Shown: piece after piece, positions 12,101 to 25,131 of the stretch
Numbering within the stretch: position 1 is the first letter of the stretch
Layout of the letters: each line of letters opens with the position of its first letter
Assembly: GCA_013265495.1 (NCBI GenBank)
Contig: MU062317.1
Coordinates: 744,001-808,000 of the forward strand
Direction: 5' to 3'
Length of the DNA: 64,000 bases
Source of the DNA: Vicugna vicugna
Taxonomy: Eukaryota
The notes under the pieces: model-generated
The model's database searches: none
What the model was told of the DNA's origin: nothing
The model's input: the letters and a program-made list of their open reading frames with translations, nothing else
Position numbers and translations under genes: made by a program

Positions 12101-13684
12101 TCTGCTGCCCCTTCCCAGATAAGGATACTGAGGCCTGGGAAAGAAGGCACTTGCCAGTTGGCACAAGGCTGAGTCTGGACTTGAAGCCTGGCCTTTGCAG
12201 GCCTTGCCCAGGGTGTAGAGTCTGCAACAGCTCCCCAGCGGGGCTTTCAGGAGCCCAGTTCCCTGGCGCTGGAGAAGGTGCTGGGGGCTGGGACAGGTTG
12301 GCTTCCACTCTGGGCTTGGGCCCACCAGCCAGTCAGACAGGCAGGGCGCCCCCATGCCCCGTCATCCTGCCTGCCCTGTGTCACCCACACCCCGGTGTCA
12401 GGTGACTCCTGGATGTGACCTGAGATCCCCAGACTCATCCTTGTAGGTGCGGATGTGCCAGTCCCCTTCTGGTCTGCGTTTGGGTCCCTTTACGTTTGGG
12501 TCCCTTTACCAGGAAAGGCCGTTGCCAGATGTGTCACTGCTGGAGCCCAGGCTGGGCTGTGCACTGGGTGAGCCTCCAGCCCACCAGTCTCTGCGCAGAC
12601 CCCAGGCCTTGGTGCAGTGGACAGGGTGCAGGGACATGCCAGCCGGCAGGGCAGTGTAGCCTGGGGTGCGTGCCTGCCCCCTCCTGGTGTCCACGCCCCC
12701 AGGACTGGTGGCTGTGGGAGCTTACTGCCCTGTGTGGGGCCAGGGGGTGCCACAGGCTCACGGGGCTGGCTTGGCATTTTCTTGGGTGTTGTGGTTTGAA
12801 GGGCAGTCTTGCTGGGCTCACCTGTGGCCTTCCCAGTCCCCACCCCTCCAATGTCTGCCCTGAAGCAGGGGCCTAGCTGGCTATAGGAAGGTGCCCAGCA
12901 GGGCCATCAGTCCCGTGTGTGTGTGTCTTGGGTGGGTAGGGGCTAATGGCTGACTCCTGTGGGCGGAGTCCTGGGCCCTGCAGCCACCTGGGTGGACAGA
13001 CGGCTTCCAGGCAGCTCCTGGGAAAGGTGGACACCTGCTGCCCTCCAGAGGCCATTGTGGGTACTACACCCACAAGGCCCAGACTGCAGGAGGGAGCCTC
13101 TGGGGGAGTCCTGGAGGGTCTTGGCCTGTGGGAAGACAGAGGCCCCATGGGTTCCCGACGCTGACTCAGTGCTTTCCTATAAAACCTTCTTTAAGAGTGC
13201 AGCTTGGTCACTGTAGGGTTGATCCCCATCCACCCCTCCAGCACGTGGAGTCTGGCTCTGCCACCAAGCTGGGAGGCTTCGGGGACCACCTTCCATCTCC
13301 AGCAGCTCAGTGTGTGGCTGGGGGCAAGTGACCCAGAGCAAGCGGCTTGGCCTGTCTGGGCCTCTGTTGTCTCAGCTAGAAAGCGGAGGTTTGAAGATGA
13401 CACAAGAAATGACCCGGAGTCGGCGGCTTGAGCCTTTAAGTGTCCGGCGTGGAGAGGAGGACCCGGGGCTGGCCACATGGGCCTCCTCTCGCTTGCCTGC
13501 CAGCAGGGGTGAGCCTGCAGCTCTCACACCCCTGTGGCTGGGGCCAAGGGCGTGTGGGGCTGGGTCGACACAGAGCAGATGGCCCCTTGGGACAGCACCC
13601 AGATGGCCCCTTGGCAAGACGCCCTCCTTCCCCGTCCCGGGCCTCCAGGCTGGCCGTGCCCCTCCCTGAGAGCCGAATGCTGCT

Positions 13685-13965
13685 GTGATGGACCCTTATC
13701 TGCAGATATAATTAAGACGTGATTGTACCAGATGAGGCCAGGCCCTAAATCGAATGGCAGGTGTCCTCACGAGAAGACAGAGGCCTGGACACACAGACAG
13801 AAAGGAGTAAGCCAGGTACTGATGGAGACAGAGGCTGGAGTGAACCAATCTCTGTCGCAGACCGAGGAGTGCCGAGGGCTGCCGGCAGCCACCAGCAGCC
13901 GGAACAGGCAGGAGGGGTCCTGCCCTAGAGCTTTCAGAGAGAGCAGGGCCCTCCTGAGACAAGAG
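13685..13965 (+). mobile_element. MaLR solo LTR fragment (MLT1 family)
   Basis: GCAGATATAATTAAG...GGCCCTAAATC.AATG...GTGTCCT...GATGGAGACAGAGGCTGGAGTGA...GCCACCAG.AGC...CCCTAGAGCTTTCAGAG pattern of MLT1A-C. Confidence 0.7.
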
Positions 13966-14309
13966 GGAAGGGGACAGAGCACAACCATTGAAAGAATGAC
14001 ACCAAGATGGCAGAAGATTCACCTCGCGGTAGACTTTGCGGCCAAGATGGTGGAAGGTTTGACTTCCAGTAGACCTGGGGCTTCATCTTACGCTCATTGT
14101 AATGGACTGGCCGCTAAGTGGCCCAGCCACAGGCGCCGTGACTGTTCCCAGGCGGACCACAAAAGGCCAAAACGGGGGTGGTCCCGGTTCCTGGGGCCCC
14201 CACCCCTTCCCCAAAGTAGTTGGAATAATCCGCCCGCTTGGCAGCACAGGAAGTCACCCAGCCCGCAGAGGCTAACAGCCCCGGGCCCCAGGCCTCCGGC
14301 TGGGCGCTT

Positions 14310-14580
14310 GCCTTCTCTGTTTGCTTGTTTGTTTTCAGCTGAAGCTCGTAGGTTGCAGTGGTCAGTTTCTGGTGTGCAGCACCCTGTCCCCGTCATGCAC
14401 AGACGTGCACACATGTGTTTGCATGCTTTTTCACCAAAGGTCGTTACACGCCATTGAACCTAGCTCTCTGTGCGATACAGAAGAAATTTGTTTTTTAAAT
14501 CTATTTTCATATACAGTGGCTAACATTTGCAAATCTCAAACTTCCAGGTTATCCCTTCCCACCCCCTTTCTTGCCTTCTG
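14310..14580 (-). mobile_element. LINE-1 3'-end fragment, antisense
   Basis: Decayed T-tract followed by TCAGTTTCTGGTGTGCAGCA...CTATTTTCATATACAGTGG...TTATCCCTTCCC, the reverse complement of the same type of L1 3' UTR seen at 59700-59940. Confidence 0.7.
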
Positions 14581-16074
14581 AGATGGCCGCACGCTGTCTA
14601 CGGATTAATCTACCTGTGTCTCTCTAAAGAAATCCACCTTCCCTTTGCCTGGGCTCGCTCTTAGCTCTCCTGTGTGAAGCCAAGGGCCCTCACTTGGCGG
14701 GGCGCCTCCTGGGCACCCGCCCGAGGCCTGGGGCACGGTCCTGCTCCTGCGCCCCATTTTCCTGAGTTGCTCCGACACCTTGGTCTCGGACGTCTGGCCT
14801 CCAGACCTTGGAGGGGATGTGTCTTGGTTGCTTTCAGCCCCATTTGTGGTCCTTTGTTGCTGCAGCCCAGGAAGACAATGGGCTCTCTCTGTCCTGTCTT
14901 TCCTCGGGGCTCCTCTGCCTCGGGTGGGCCTCCTGCTTTGTTCGTTTGTTTTTTGTGTCTCTCTTCCCACTGGAACCCACGCTCCAGGAGAGAGGGGGAT
15001 GGTCTGCAGACGAGGGGCGGCCAGCATGCCCGCTCCCGAGCGCCAGGGTTCCTCTGCTCCTGGTCTCGCTGTGCAGCCTCCAGGAGGCCAGGAGGAGGCC
15101 AGGGGCACAGCCATGGCTCCACCTGCAAAGTCAGCCGGAGCCCGTCCCGCACGTCTGGGCCTCCCCACCAGCCTGGAGAGAACTGAAGGGCAGAGGCCTT
15201 GCAGGAGTGGCTGCCACGTGGCCCCAGGGTCTTCTCCCTCCCCCTCCCCCATGAATGCCTTGGAGGTGACACCACTGTCCCATCGTGGGCTTAGGAAGGC
15301 CACCTCAGCCCCGAGCGCCAGGGTCCCGGCGAGGGAGCGTAGCCTGCACCCCGATGTTCATCACTGGAAGGTAAGATGTGGCTGGTTAGCTGCATGCCTG
15401 GCCTGCCCTGCACTCATGAAATGAGGGGCCCACCCCTCTGGGGTCCCCGGCAGGGGGAGGATGTGGACCCCCGACCCCATGGCTACCAGAAGTTCCTACA
15501 AGAAATCAAAGCTTGTTTGCGGGTGCCCCTTTCCTGTGGCTCCAGGGTGTCCTGAGAGCCTGGAGGTCTTGCTCTGAGTCTCCTAAACTTGTGCTCAGCT
15601 GCTGGGGCCGCAGCCCCGAGAGGCAGTGTCCTGAGACCAGCAGCCCCCAGGAGGCCTTTTGGTCTGACCACCCCAGGCTGCCAGGGCCGAGTGGGCAGTG
15701 CCCGCTGCCCACCCCAGCCGGCCTCCCCGGGGCCGCAGGGAATGTGCAGGGTGGAGGGAAGGGGCAGAACAGCTCTCCTTTCTTCTCTGGCCTGGCATCC
15801 GGCTGACCTCCCTCTCCCTGCAGGGTCCCACGGGCACCGGCCCAGCCCGCGGGCAGCTGGGAAAGGTCGCGTTGACCTCGGCTGATGCAGCGGCTGTGAG
15901 TGGGCCTGAGGACAGAGGCTCTTCTGTGCTGGATGACAGGAGGCCCGGGCCGGGTGGGGTCTGCAGATGGGCGCGGGGGCGGCGTGGGGGCCATGGTACC
16001 GAGGGAGCCTGGTCCTCTCGGGCCCACGGAGCAGGAGGCTCTGTGCAGGGAGCACGCATTCACTCCTCCTTGAG

Positions 16075-16280
16075 CCCCAGAGAGCAAATGTTTGTTACTT
16101 CCTGTTAAGTGCCTACTGTGTGCTGGGCCCCATGCATCACCTTGATGAATTCTTACAGAAATCCCTAAGGTGTCAACATCATCACCCCCATTTCATGGAG
16201 AGGCAAGGTGTTTGTGCTTTGTCACCTGGCTAGTAAATGACCCGGCAGAGATGAGAGCTCAGGTCTGTCTGACCCCAAAG
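16075..16280 (-). mobile_element. MIR SINE fragment
   Basis: AAGTGCCTACTGTGTGCTGGGC...ATCACCCCCATTT...CTAGTAAATG...CAGGTCTGTCTGACCCCAAAGC. Confidence 0.6.
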
Positions 16281-16849
16281 CTAAGGCCCCTTCATAATGA
16301 GTAAGGACTACTTCAGTCTTCCCAAATAAGGACTTTTTCTAAATGCGTGTATTTGCTTCCAACTGAGAATTTAAAATGTTACAGACATTTTGGCCATGAC
16401 GAAGCAGCTCCCACCATAGTAGCAAACTGGGTAGAAATGAGGAGAAGCAACTGTTTCAGACATTGGCCAGGCCACAGAGGACACTGGTCCCTGGGAGAAA
16501 GGAGCCCATGATGCAAGCCCCAAGCCTGCTGACTTTCCTCCGAGAGGCAGAACCAGGCAGAGCATGGTGGCCTCACTGAGCAGAGGGAACAGAGATGGAG
16601 TTCAGGGAGGCCACGGAGACTGGGACTTCTGGGCGGAGGCCTGGAGGGGAGGCAGTGATACAGAGAAAGAGCTCTGGAAACCCTCCTGGCCCAGCCTGAG
16701 TGTGGCCCCTGCTGTGCTGTGCATGTGCAGAGCAAGAGCCCAGGAAGCCAGAAGAAGAGCAGCTCCCAGTGTCCACACCGGCTGGGGCTCACTGGAAGCC
16801 ACCCACCAGGAGGAAGAGGCCGGGGGGACGCCAGGGTGACCCCAGGCCA

Positions 16850-18490
16850 TTGGGTGGAGACCAAAGAAGGCCGTGTCTTAAGTTAACCCCAGAGTGAAGG
16901 CTGTTCTACACCTGATCTGATGGAGCTTTGAAACAAGCCTTGCAAAGACCAGGCTGACCTCCAAGTCAGTTAACTGCCTGTCGGTATGAAACTCAACATT
17001 CTTAAAAGAAGGCCAACACAATCTAGGGTCTAGACAATTTAGCATTTACAGCCTCCAGCTCCCAGTGAACTGTTAGTAGACATGTGGGGAAGCAGGAACC
17101 TGTGACCTATGAACAGGAGAAAAAGCAGCCAATAGAAAGAGACCCAGAAATGACGTAGGTGACAAACCAGCAGGTAAAGCAATTAAAACAGTTATTACAA
17201 CTATTCCAAGGATCTGAAAGAAGCCATGGACATAATCAAAAGAGAAAGTATAGAGTGTGATGAATACAAAAGAGAAAGCAGAACACCGAATCAAATAAAA
17301 ATTCTAAAGGCAATAGTATACAAGATACGAAATTTGAAGAGTGTATTGGATGGAGTTAACCGCAGATTAGACAAGACAGAAGAAACGCTCAGTGAACTCA
17401 AAGACGGGGCAACCCCAGTTCTCCAAACTGAAGCACAAAGGGAAAAAGCCAGTAAAAAAACAAGCAGAGCCTTGCTGACCTGTGAGATGATATCAGCAAG
17501 TGTGACCAGAGGCCCAAAGAGCGAAGGGGGAATGTTTGTTTAAAAAAATAATGGCCGAAAGTTTTCCTAATGAGATTAAAACCTCAAGCCCACAGATCCA
17601 AGAGCCTTAATGAACTCAAAGCTCACAAACACAAGGACAACCACACCAGGACACATGCCAGTCAAACGGCTGGAAACCAGGGACGGAGAGAAAAATCTCG
17701 AGAACTGCTGACCCACCATCAGAAACGCTGCACGCTAAGAGTGCTGGAGCAGCATCCTTAAAGTGAGGAGAGAAAACAAACCAGCCACATGCCCACGGCT
17801 AGCACAGACGCCTTCCAGGGGTGAAAGTGAAATCAAGAAATTTTAAGACAAAAGCTGAGAGAGTCCGTCGCCAGCAGACCTGCACCGCCAGGGGCTGAAG
17901 GAAAATGCTGAGAGATACAAATCTAGGTTTGCACAAGGGGCAGAAGCCCTTTGGGAACTGTAAATGCGTGGATAAATATGACAGGCCTTTTTTTTTTTGT
18001 ATGTGTGTTAAACAGATAATTTAAAAGATAGTAGATTATTTAGAGCAAAAATAATAACAGTGCATTATGGAGTTTTTAACATACGGAGAAGCAGAACATA
18101 ATAAAAGCAAAAAAAAATCAGGAGGAAAGCATAGAGATACACTGTTGCAAACTTCACGTATTTTATGTGAGGTGACACAGTGTCACTTGAGGGTAGATCC
18201 TAATAGACTGAAGAGCAGGCACTTGACCCAGTCTCGCACTTAATGATAGAAATTTCGGCAATACAGGAATAGAAGGAACTTGCTCATCCCGATGGTGGAG
18301 ACCTGAGACTCTCTCCTTGCGCTCTGGCCCCAGGTAAAGCTGCGCGCTTTCACCGCTTCTGTTCAGGGTTGCTCCTGGCCGGGGCAGTAAGGCAAGAAAA
18401 AGCGGTAGAAGGTCTACATTTCGGAAAGGAAGCAGTGTGGCTCTCTCTCTCTCTGACCTGAATGTGCATGGAAATGATCCTAAAGAATCT
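16850..18490 (+). mobile_element. Old, fragmented LINE-1 (ORF1, inter-ORF and ORF2 remnants)
   Basis: A-rich strand bias; ORF1-like peptide at 17226-17543 (KIRNLKSVLDGVNRRLDKTEETLSELKD) followed by ATAATGGCCGAAAGTTTTCCTAA (IMAENFPN-like); ORF2-like AGTAAGGCAAGAAAAAG at ~18390. Confidence 0.7.
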
Positions 18491-21329
18491 GTACGTCATT
18501 GTGGATAAGCCCCTCCCCCAGGCTCTCCCCGTACAACCTTTGCCTCCCTTGATTCCCAGAGGAAACCACTGCTTTGAATTTGGTGTTTATCCACCTTAGG
18601 CATGTTTCTGCTCTTTCCAACACACATACGTGGCCATAAACAGTGTCCAGTGTTGCTCATAAACTCTGTGAATGGTATCGAGCAGAAGGCCTCTGGTCTC
18701 AGACTCCATGCTGGATGGGTGCTGGCAGGGCTCGGGCAGCTGAAGGTTGGAGGCTGAGCCCACCCCAAGTGCCTGCAGTGAGGCAGAGCTGGGAGCCCGT
18801 GAGCTGGCCCCGGCCAGGACATGGGCCCCTCTGCTCCTGCCCGGCTACCTCTTCCATCCTGGATGGCCTAAGGGGGCAGGCACGGTGGGGGTGGGGACCC
18901 GCCTTGCCAGCCTGGGCTGGAAGTGCCTTACGGTGGTCCAGGGCCTCCAAGACTTTGAGCAAAGGGAGGGTGGGCAGGACAAACTTTTTGAAAAATCAGG
19001 TGAGTCAAGATATGAGGTGTGTGTAATGAGCCTGCCTCTAGTTAGTTTTTAACAACTGAGTAGTTGTGTAAGAGCGGTGAGGATAGGGGACACTTCGTCT
19101 CCCCAGGCAGCGTCCTCAGGCCCTCTGCAGTCATCCTGCTCCCCCTGCTCCCAGCCCCGGACACCCCTGGGGCTGCCCCCAGCCCTGCGCTCGGGCATCA
19201 CGCCGCCCGCAGCCTCCTCCCCGCGTGCTGGTGGGCGCTCTGGCTGCATATAAGCCATTGCTCCTTTACTGAGGAGGGGTCTTCCTTCCGTGGACCTCCC
19301 CCGAAGATTGTCTTCAGAGACCGAATACACAGACAACGGCCAGCCAGGCGTAAAGCAGAACTCAGACCCCCGACCCACGATGGATGGGAACCAGCTCAGG
19401 CAACCAGACCAGAAACCCTGAATCGGTCGGCCCGGAACGGCCAGGCTTCATCAGTTTGGCAGACTCCCTAAGTTTTGTCCCTGCGCCCAACTCAGGACCA
19501 GACAGAGAAACCCCACTGTGCCCCCAGTCAGCCCCATGGGGGACCCCAGTTCTCATCGGTGCCTCCAGCTCCCCCAGGCCCACAGCCCCCATCGGGGCAC
19601 AACCAGAACCTCCCCTTTTCCACCACGAAGCCCCCCAACTCCTCTGCCTGTTTTGGGGTCTCGCCAAATGCAGTGATGGTGGCCGACACCCTTGCCGCGT
19701 TGAGCTCTGAGTTAATGGCCTTTGCCTGCTCTCGTGTGCACGTGTGTGTGTCCTCTAGTTCCACAGTTCACACACTTGCTCACCGGTGAGTAACATCTGT
19801 GTTCTGTCCGGCTCAACTACGATGAACAAAACCACTGAGAACATGGGGCGCAGATCTTCGCGGTGCTGCTGTCTTCTGCTCCCTGCATTTGCCAGGCTGG
19901 TGCCTGCTTTGAACTGGCTCTAAGGCTGGGTGGGCTCTGGGGTCCTGGGGGCCACAGCCGGGTCCTCAAAGAGACGAACCAACTCCCTCCCCTGGGGTTT
20001 TGGGTGGGCCCCAGCCCCCTGGGGGGCCCCCGCTGATGCTCAGCTTCCCCATCTTGTGACCGTGGACCTCCTCGCTCTCCGTCCTGGAGCTCTGGAGCAG
20101 ACTCCCTTTCCTGAGCGGGGTGCAAGTCTGGGGAGGACTTTGCCGGGCGGTGCTGAGCACGGCGCCTTTTTGGGAACCGCGGTCCCGGCTGTGGCTGGCA
20201 GCCCCTCCCACCCCAGGACCCCCTTCTGAGCATCTTGTTCTCCTGGGCACCGCTCTCTGTCCCTCTGTCCCCACGAAAGCCAGCCTGCGCCTGGCCGTTC
20301 TGCCCCAAATTAGGACACTTACTGATTTTTGGAGGACTTAATGCTGCCCTGAGAAGTAAACTTAATGATTTTCAAAATAGCTTCCCTGCCGATAACCGAC
20401 AGGCTCCCTCGGCCCAAGATGAATGTGAAGAGGAATTCAGAAGCATCTGTTTTCCCAGGAGACAGATTCCTCATTGACACATTTTTCTCCTCTTGAATTT
20501 CTCCCCCGTTTCCGAAATGGAGCCTTCTCCTCGTCCTCTGTGCACAGAGCTGGGCTCCGGAGAGGCAGAGTCTGCTTGTCGGCCTGTCCTGTGTCTCTGT
20601 TCTCCTTTCCTTGGGTCCCCCAGACAACAGGGCTCTTATCCGATGGGCTCTTGCCGGAGGCTGCTCCTCTCCCCTCGGGGCGAACACAGAGAAAGGCTGC
20701 CGCTGAACGAAGCTGGGAGGGCCGGCCCCCAGCGCACCCGCGACGGGAGGACGGGGTGGGCCGTGCTGGAGGCGGCCTTCCATCTCTGCGCATGACTTTT
20801 GGAGGTGCGGCCATTCACTAGTTCTGTGATTTGCATCAACCTGCGTCTTCCGTCCCAGAGAACAAGAGTCTGTTTCCCAGAGGGAAGCCTTCCCAGTGTC
20901 TCTGTGCCCTGCGCTCCCGGCAAAGCCCACGTCGGATGAGGGGCGTCAGGTCTCACGGACATTGTCACACCAGCAAGGAAATCACCTTGAACGCTCAGCA
21001 GCTGCCCCCAGCCACCCTGGCTCTGGGACACACATGCCACTTGCTGCTGTGAAGAAAGCAGAACGACTCGGAGCCCCAGGTTTGGGGCTGGGGGTCCTGT
21101 TCCAAGATCAGTGGTAGTTTCTTTTCTCTGGTGGCTACTGGGCACTTCTGTTTAGGGGACCCCAGGCTCACTCCATTTCGATTATTTCCCTCAGAGCCTG
21201 TTTAGGCCCTTCAGAGGCACTGGGGGTCCCAGAATCCTTATAGGTTGCGTGAGGGCCCTTATAGCAGACCCTTCGTCTATTCACCACCACATCCATCCAT
21301 CCCTCCCTCCCTCCGTTCATCTGTCTGTC

Positions 21330-21641
21330 NNNNNNNNNNNNNNNNNNNNNNNNNNNNNNNNNNNNNNNNNNNNNNNNNNNNNNNNNNNNNNNNNNNNNNN
21401 NNNNNNNNNNNNNNNNNNNNNNNNNNNNNNNNNNNNNNNNNNNNNNNNNNNNNNNNNNNNNNNNNNNNNNNNNNNNNNNNNNNNNNNNNNNNNNNNNNNN
21501 NNNNNNNNNNNNNNNNNNNNNNNNNNNNNNNNNNNNNNNNNNNNNNNNNNNNNNNNNNNNNNNNNNNNNNNNNNNNNNNNNNNNNNNNNNNNNNNNNNNN
21601 NNNNNNNNNNNNNNNNNNNNNNNNNNNNNNNNNNNNNNNNN
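21330..21641. other. Assembly gap (312 N) next to a CATC/CCTC/CTGT simple repeat
   Basis: N run; other gaps at 25027-25081 (55 N), 47196-47375 (180 N) and 51767-51789 (23 N). Confidence 0.99.
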
Positions 21642-23004
21642 CAACCTGCCTTCTACTGAGTGTGTTTCAAGCCAGTCTTTGGGGACAGAGAGATAAATCA
21701 GGGCACTTTCCACCTTCGCAGCCCAAGTCCAGTGCACGTGATAGTCTCTGATTTACACATGCAGGAGCCCCTGCGTCTCTTGGGGGCTGAGACGTGGTCT
21801 GTGGGGGGATCTCTAAAGCTTTGGGGAGAAGGGGGTTGCCGCCCAATTTCTGACACATAAGCTTATTTTCTTTTTGCCTCGTGCACCTCGGGGAGGGCCA
21901 TGCTCCACTGGGGCGTGGGTGGGTTTTGTCAGAGAGGCACCTTGTCCGACCACTTTGGGAGTGGCCGCTGGGAGGATCAGCCGCTGGTGGGGGTGTCCTG
22001 GGAACTGGGGAGCTCTCTCCTGTGGCTTGAGTGGGTGAGGGTAGCGTGGAAAGGGGGCGGCACAGGGAGCTTCAGGGATGGAGAGGAGGCTGGGGCCGTG
22101 GGCCAGGTGAGAAGTTACCTGTGGGGCTGGTCAGGTGAGTCAGCTGTGGTGGTCTTGGTAGTGAGCAGGTGTTAGGCAACAGAAACGTCACTAAATGCTG
22201 GGCTTTCCGAAGGAAGACCCACTTGGAGCAGCTGGACATCCAGCCTCCCATGTTGACTCGACTGGGAAGCTGCTGTTGTGGGGAGGACCCTCCATCACCC
22301 CGAAACCCCCAGCTCAGGGTTTTTCAGACACGCCACCTCCACCTGGCACCCCCCATGTGTGTCTACCTCCAGGCAGGACGTGCCCTGAACATGCCTGTGC
22401 GTGAGGAGCTGGGGGTCTGCCAGCACGTGTGGCGGGGAGGATCCCGGGAGAAGCTCAGGGACCCGGGGCAGAGGAGGACCACTTGCATGTGGCAGGTGAG
22501 GCTGGCCCAGGGGCTGCAGGCCTAGGGGACGCCTGAGTGACACTAGTTACCCTCTGTGTCAGCAGAAAGTGGGTTTGGGGAGCTCCCCATGGGCGGTCCC
22601 CTGATTTGGGACGTGCCGTTTGCCTTTTGAGGTTTAACCATCATTCAAGACCTCTTGGTTAGAGCAGAATCAGGTTGGGGTGGGGGCAGGCCCCCTGTGA
22701 AGGCAGGTGGGCTTCAAGAAGGAATGCCTGGGTGCTCAAAAGTAGGGGCGCCCTGCGGGGGCTGGGTCTGCCTCCCCTTAGACCCAGGCATGTGCTCAGC
22801 CCCTGTCCACCTGGCCGGCGCCCAGGGGCAGGCTCAGGCCCTGGCTGGGGGTGGTGTGAGGAAGGCGGGGACTGCTGCTGTGGACAGCGGGCTGGTGGGC
22901 AGGTCCACCCCGAGGAAGGGGCAGCCTGGGACTGGCCGAATGAGATGGGCTCCTCCACCCCCGGAACACCATGGACGAGAGCTCATGGGGGCAGGCTCTG
23001 GGGG

Positions 23005-23115
23005 TAGGTACACTTGCGGGTAAGCACACCTTGGGGCAGGCACACTTGGAGGTGGGCACAGCTGGAGGGCGCCATGCCTGGAGATGGGCACACCTGGAGG
23101 AGGGCGCACCTGGAG
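23005..23115. repeat. ~16-bp minisatellite (GGGCACACCTGGAG-like)
   Basis: About seven degenerate copies just past the PRDM16 poly(A) site. Confidence 0.75.
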
Positions 23116-23397
23116 ACCCCCACCCTCACTGCCAGGCCATCCAGGGCAGGGGGTGCCTTCTCGGAACTTGTTCTTTTCCGGAAAACGGGAGAAGTTAGGG
23201 CGCCCGTCCCGGCGGTGGTGCTGGGGGGTGGCTTCGTGTGCACTGGAGCTGCAGCCTGTCACACGGGGCTCTCGATCGACGCCGGGGAGCCTCACCACCA
23301 GCCACGCCCCAAGCCTGGAGCCCGGTCTCCCACCCCAGGGGCCCGTGTTCTCTGTCGGCAGAGCTCACAGGCACGGAGGCTTAGAAAAGCACACAGA

Positions 23398-23403
23398 TTT
23401 ATT
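23398..23403 (-). terminator. PRDM16: Polyadenylation signal AATAAA of PRDM16
   Basis: Plus-strand tttatt at the distal end of the AU-rich block; GC content rises abruptly again below ~23380. Confidence 0.8.
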
Positions 23404-24980
23404 GCATATCAATCTCATGTATAAATTCATTGTAGCATCGGAAAGATTACATTTGGTGTACAGTCCTAGTCTACAGCATGAACCTCAAAAATCAGCTTCT
23501 CCTAGGCTTCATCTTAAAGGGATTCCTCTACACAAGTACATTTGTCTTCCTCACAAGCATCGAAGTGAAACCAGCAGAATCCCTCTCGGATGACCCCCAC
23601 GCCGCGTGTCTGTGTTCCGTTCTCCTCCCACTGCGGTCCCTGTGCCGGTTAAGCGGCGCGTCTTTGCCTCGGCAGTCCGCACGCCTGGCCTCAAGGACGC
23701 AGACCCTAATCACGTCTTCAGTAAGTGCATCTACGGGGTTCTCCTCTTCATCAAAGTTCCACAGACAGACACGATAATGACCGCTAAACACACGTCATGC
23801 ACAGTTTACTCGTAACAGGAGCAATTTACAGTCGGGGGACACGGGACACACATCAGCCTCCTTCTCAATGTTTTTGTTTCTGTTTTTGAAAAACGTTATA
23901 TGAAAACCAGACATTTACATTTGATTTCTTTTTCAGCGCTATACAGTTCTAAAAGAAAAAAACCAAAAACGAAACCAAATCTGCAATGGCGAAGGACGCC
24001 GCGGACGCTTGGGTTCGGAGTCTTACCAGCGTGTGTCGCCTGCGCTTTCAGTGACATATTGTGACACGGGGCTCAGGGTCCCTGGTCTGGAAGAGACAGC
24101 GAGAACGCAGAATACACGGAAAGGACCTTTCGCGTTGCTTTGTTCACAAGTGAATTGCACATTTGGAAACTCAAGCTGCCTTTTCATTTTCATTTCTTTT
24201 CTTTTTTTTTTCCAAAAGTGGTAATATGCATCAGTGACAGAAAAGAACAAAACAAAAGACACTGGAATGGCAGGAGGAAAGGAGCGCTCCTTGGAATAAC
24301 GCGAGGACGCCTTAGTCACAGTATCGCTCGTCGCTACAGACAGTTTCATGGCTTTGAGACCCGGCTGACCTCCACCGACCAGGAGCAGCTGTGTCCTCGC
24401 GTCCCCAGCCGGGAGGGGAGCGAGGGGCCCGGCTCCCTGTCCATCCCCCCGGAGAAGCAGCACAGGGTGCTCTGCCCGGGGGCTCTGCCCCCTCGCCGCC
24501 CCCCACCCCCCCAAGACAGCACAGTGAATACAGCTCAGTAGGTTTCAGTCACTTGGGCAGGGGGATGGGGGCAGGGGGACAAGGGCAGGGGCGAGGGGCA
24601 CCACAATCCAGTGCTTTGAGGCTTCGAGGCTGACACGAGTGATAAGTACTCAGGTAGGAGCTTTGCGGACGCTCACTGAGGAAGCAGCGGGGACAGAGGA
24701 GGCCACGGGCCCTCCGGTTCCCAGGCCAGGCTCTGGGGCCACAGAGCAGCTGGGCCGATCCGGGTCTGGACGGACTGGCTGCGTTCTTGGCCTTGTGCAG
24801 GAACGCCACGCGGGCTGGGCAGTCTCTTAGGGTCACCCCATCCACTGACCCACAACCCAGGGTCCCAGGTGGGATGTGGGACCGCACGCAGGAATCAGGG
24901 GCTCCTGGGTCCTAGTCGTGAAGGGCTGGCTGGCCCCGGGCCCTACTTGATTGTTCCTGTTCCGGGCATGAAAGCAGCAG

Positions 24981-25131
24981 GGGAGGGTGAGGGCCTGCAG
25001 GGGGCTAGGGGCTACAGGGTGGGAGGNNNNNNNNNNNNNNNNNNNNNNNNNNNNNNNNNNNNNNNNNNNNNNNNNNNNNNNGTGAGGGCCTGCAGGGGCT
25101 GGGGGCTGCAAGGTGGGAGGGGAGGGTGAGG
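24981..25131. repeat. G-rich ~44-48 bp minisatellite in the PRDM16 3' UTR, interrupted by a 55-N gap
   Basis: GTGAGGGCCTGCAGGGG(G)CT(A/G)GGGGCT(A/G)CA(G/A)GGTGGGAGG on both sides of N 25027-25081. Confidence 0.75.

Noticed and set aside
11611-23379. Hidden gene or lncRNA between PRDM16 and ARHGEF16
   Set aside because: No coherent exon chain or coding signature found; content is explained by L1, MIR and MaLR relics and GC-rich unique DNA. A lncRNA cannot be excluded without expression data.
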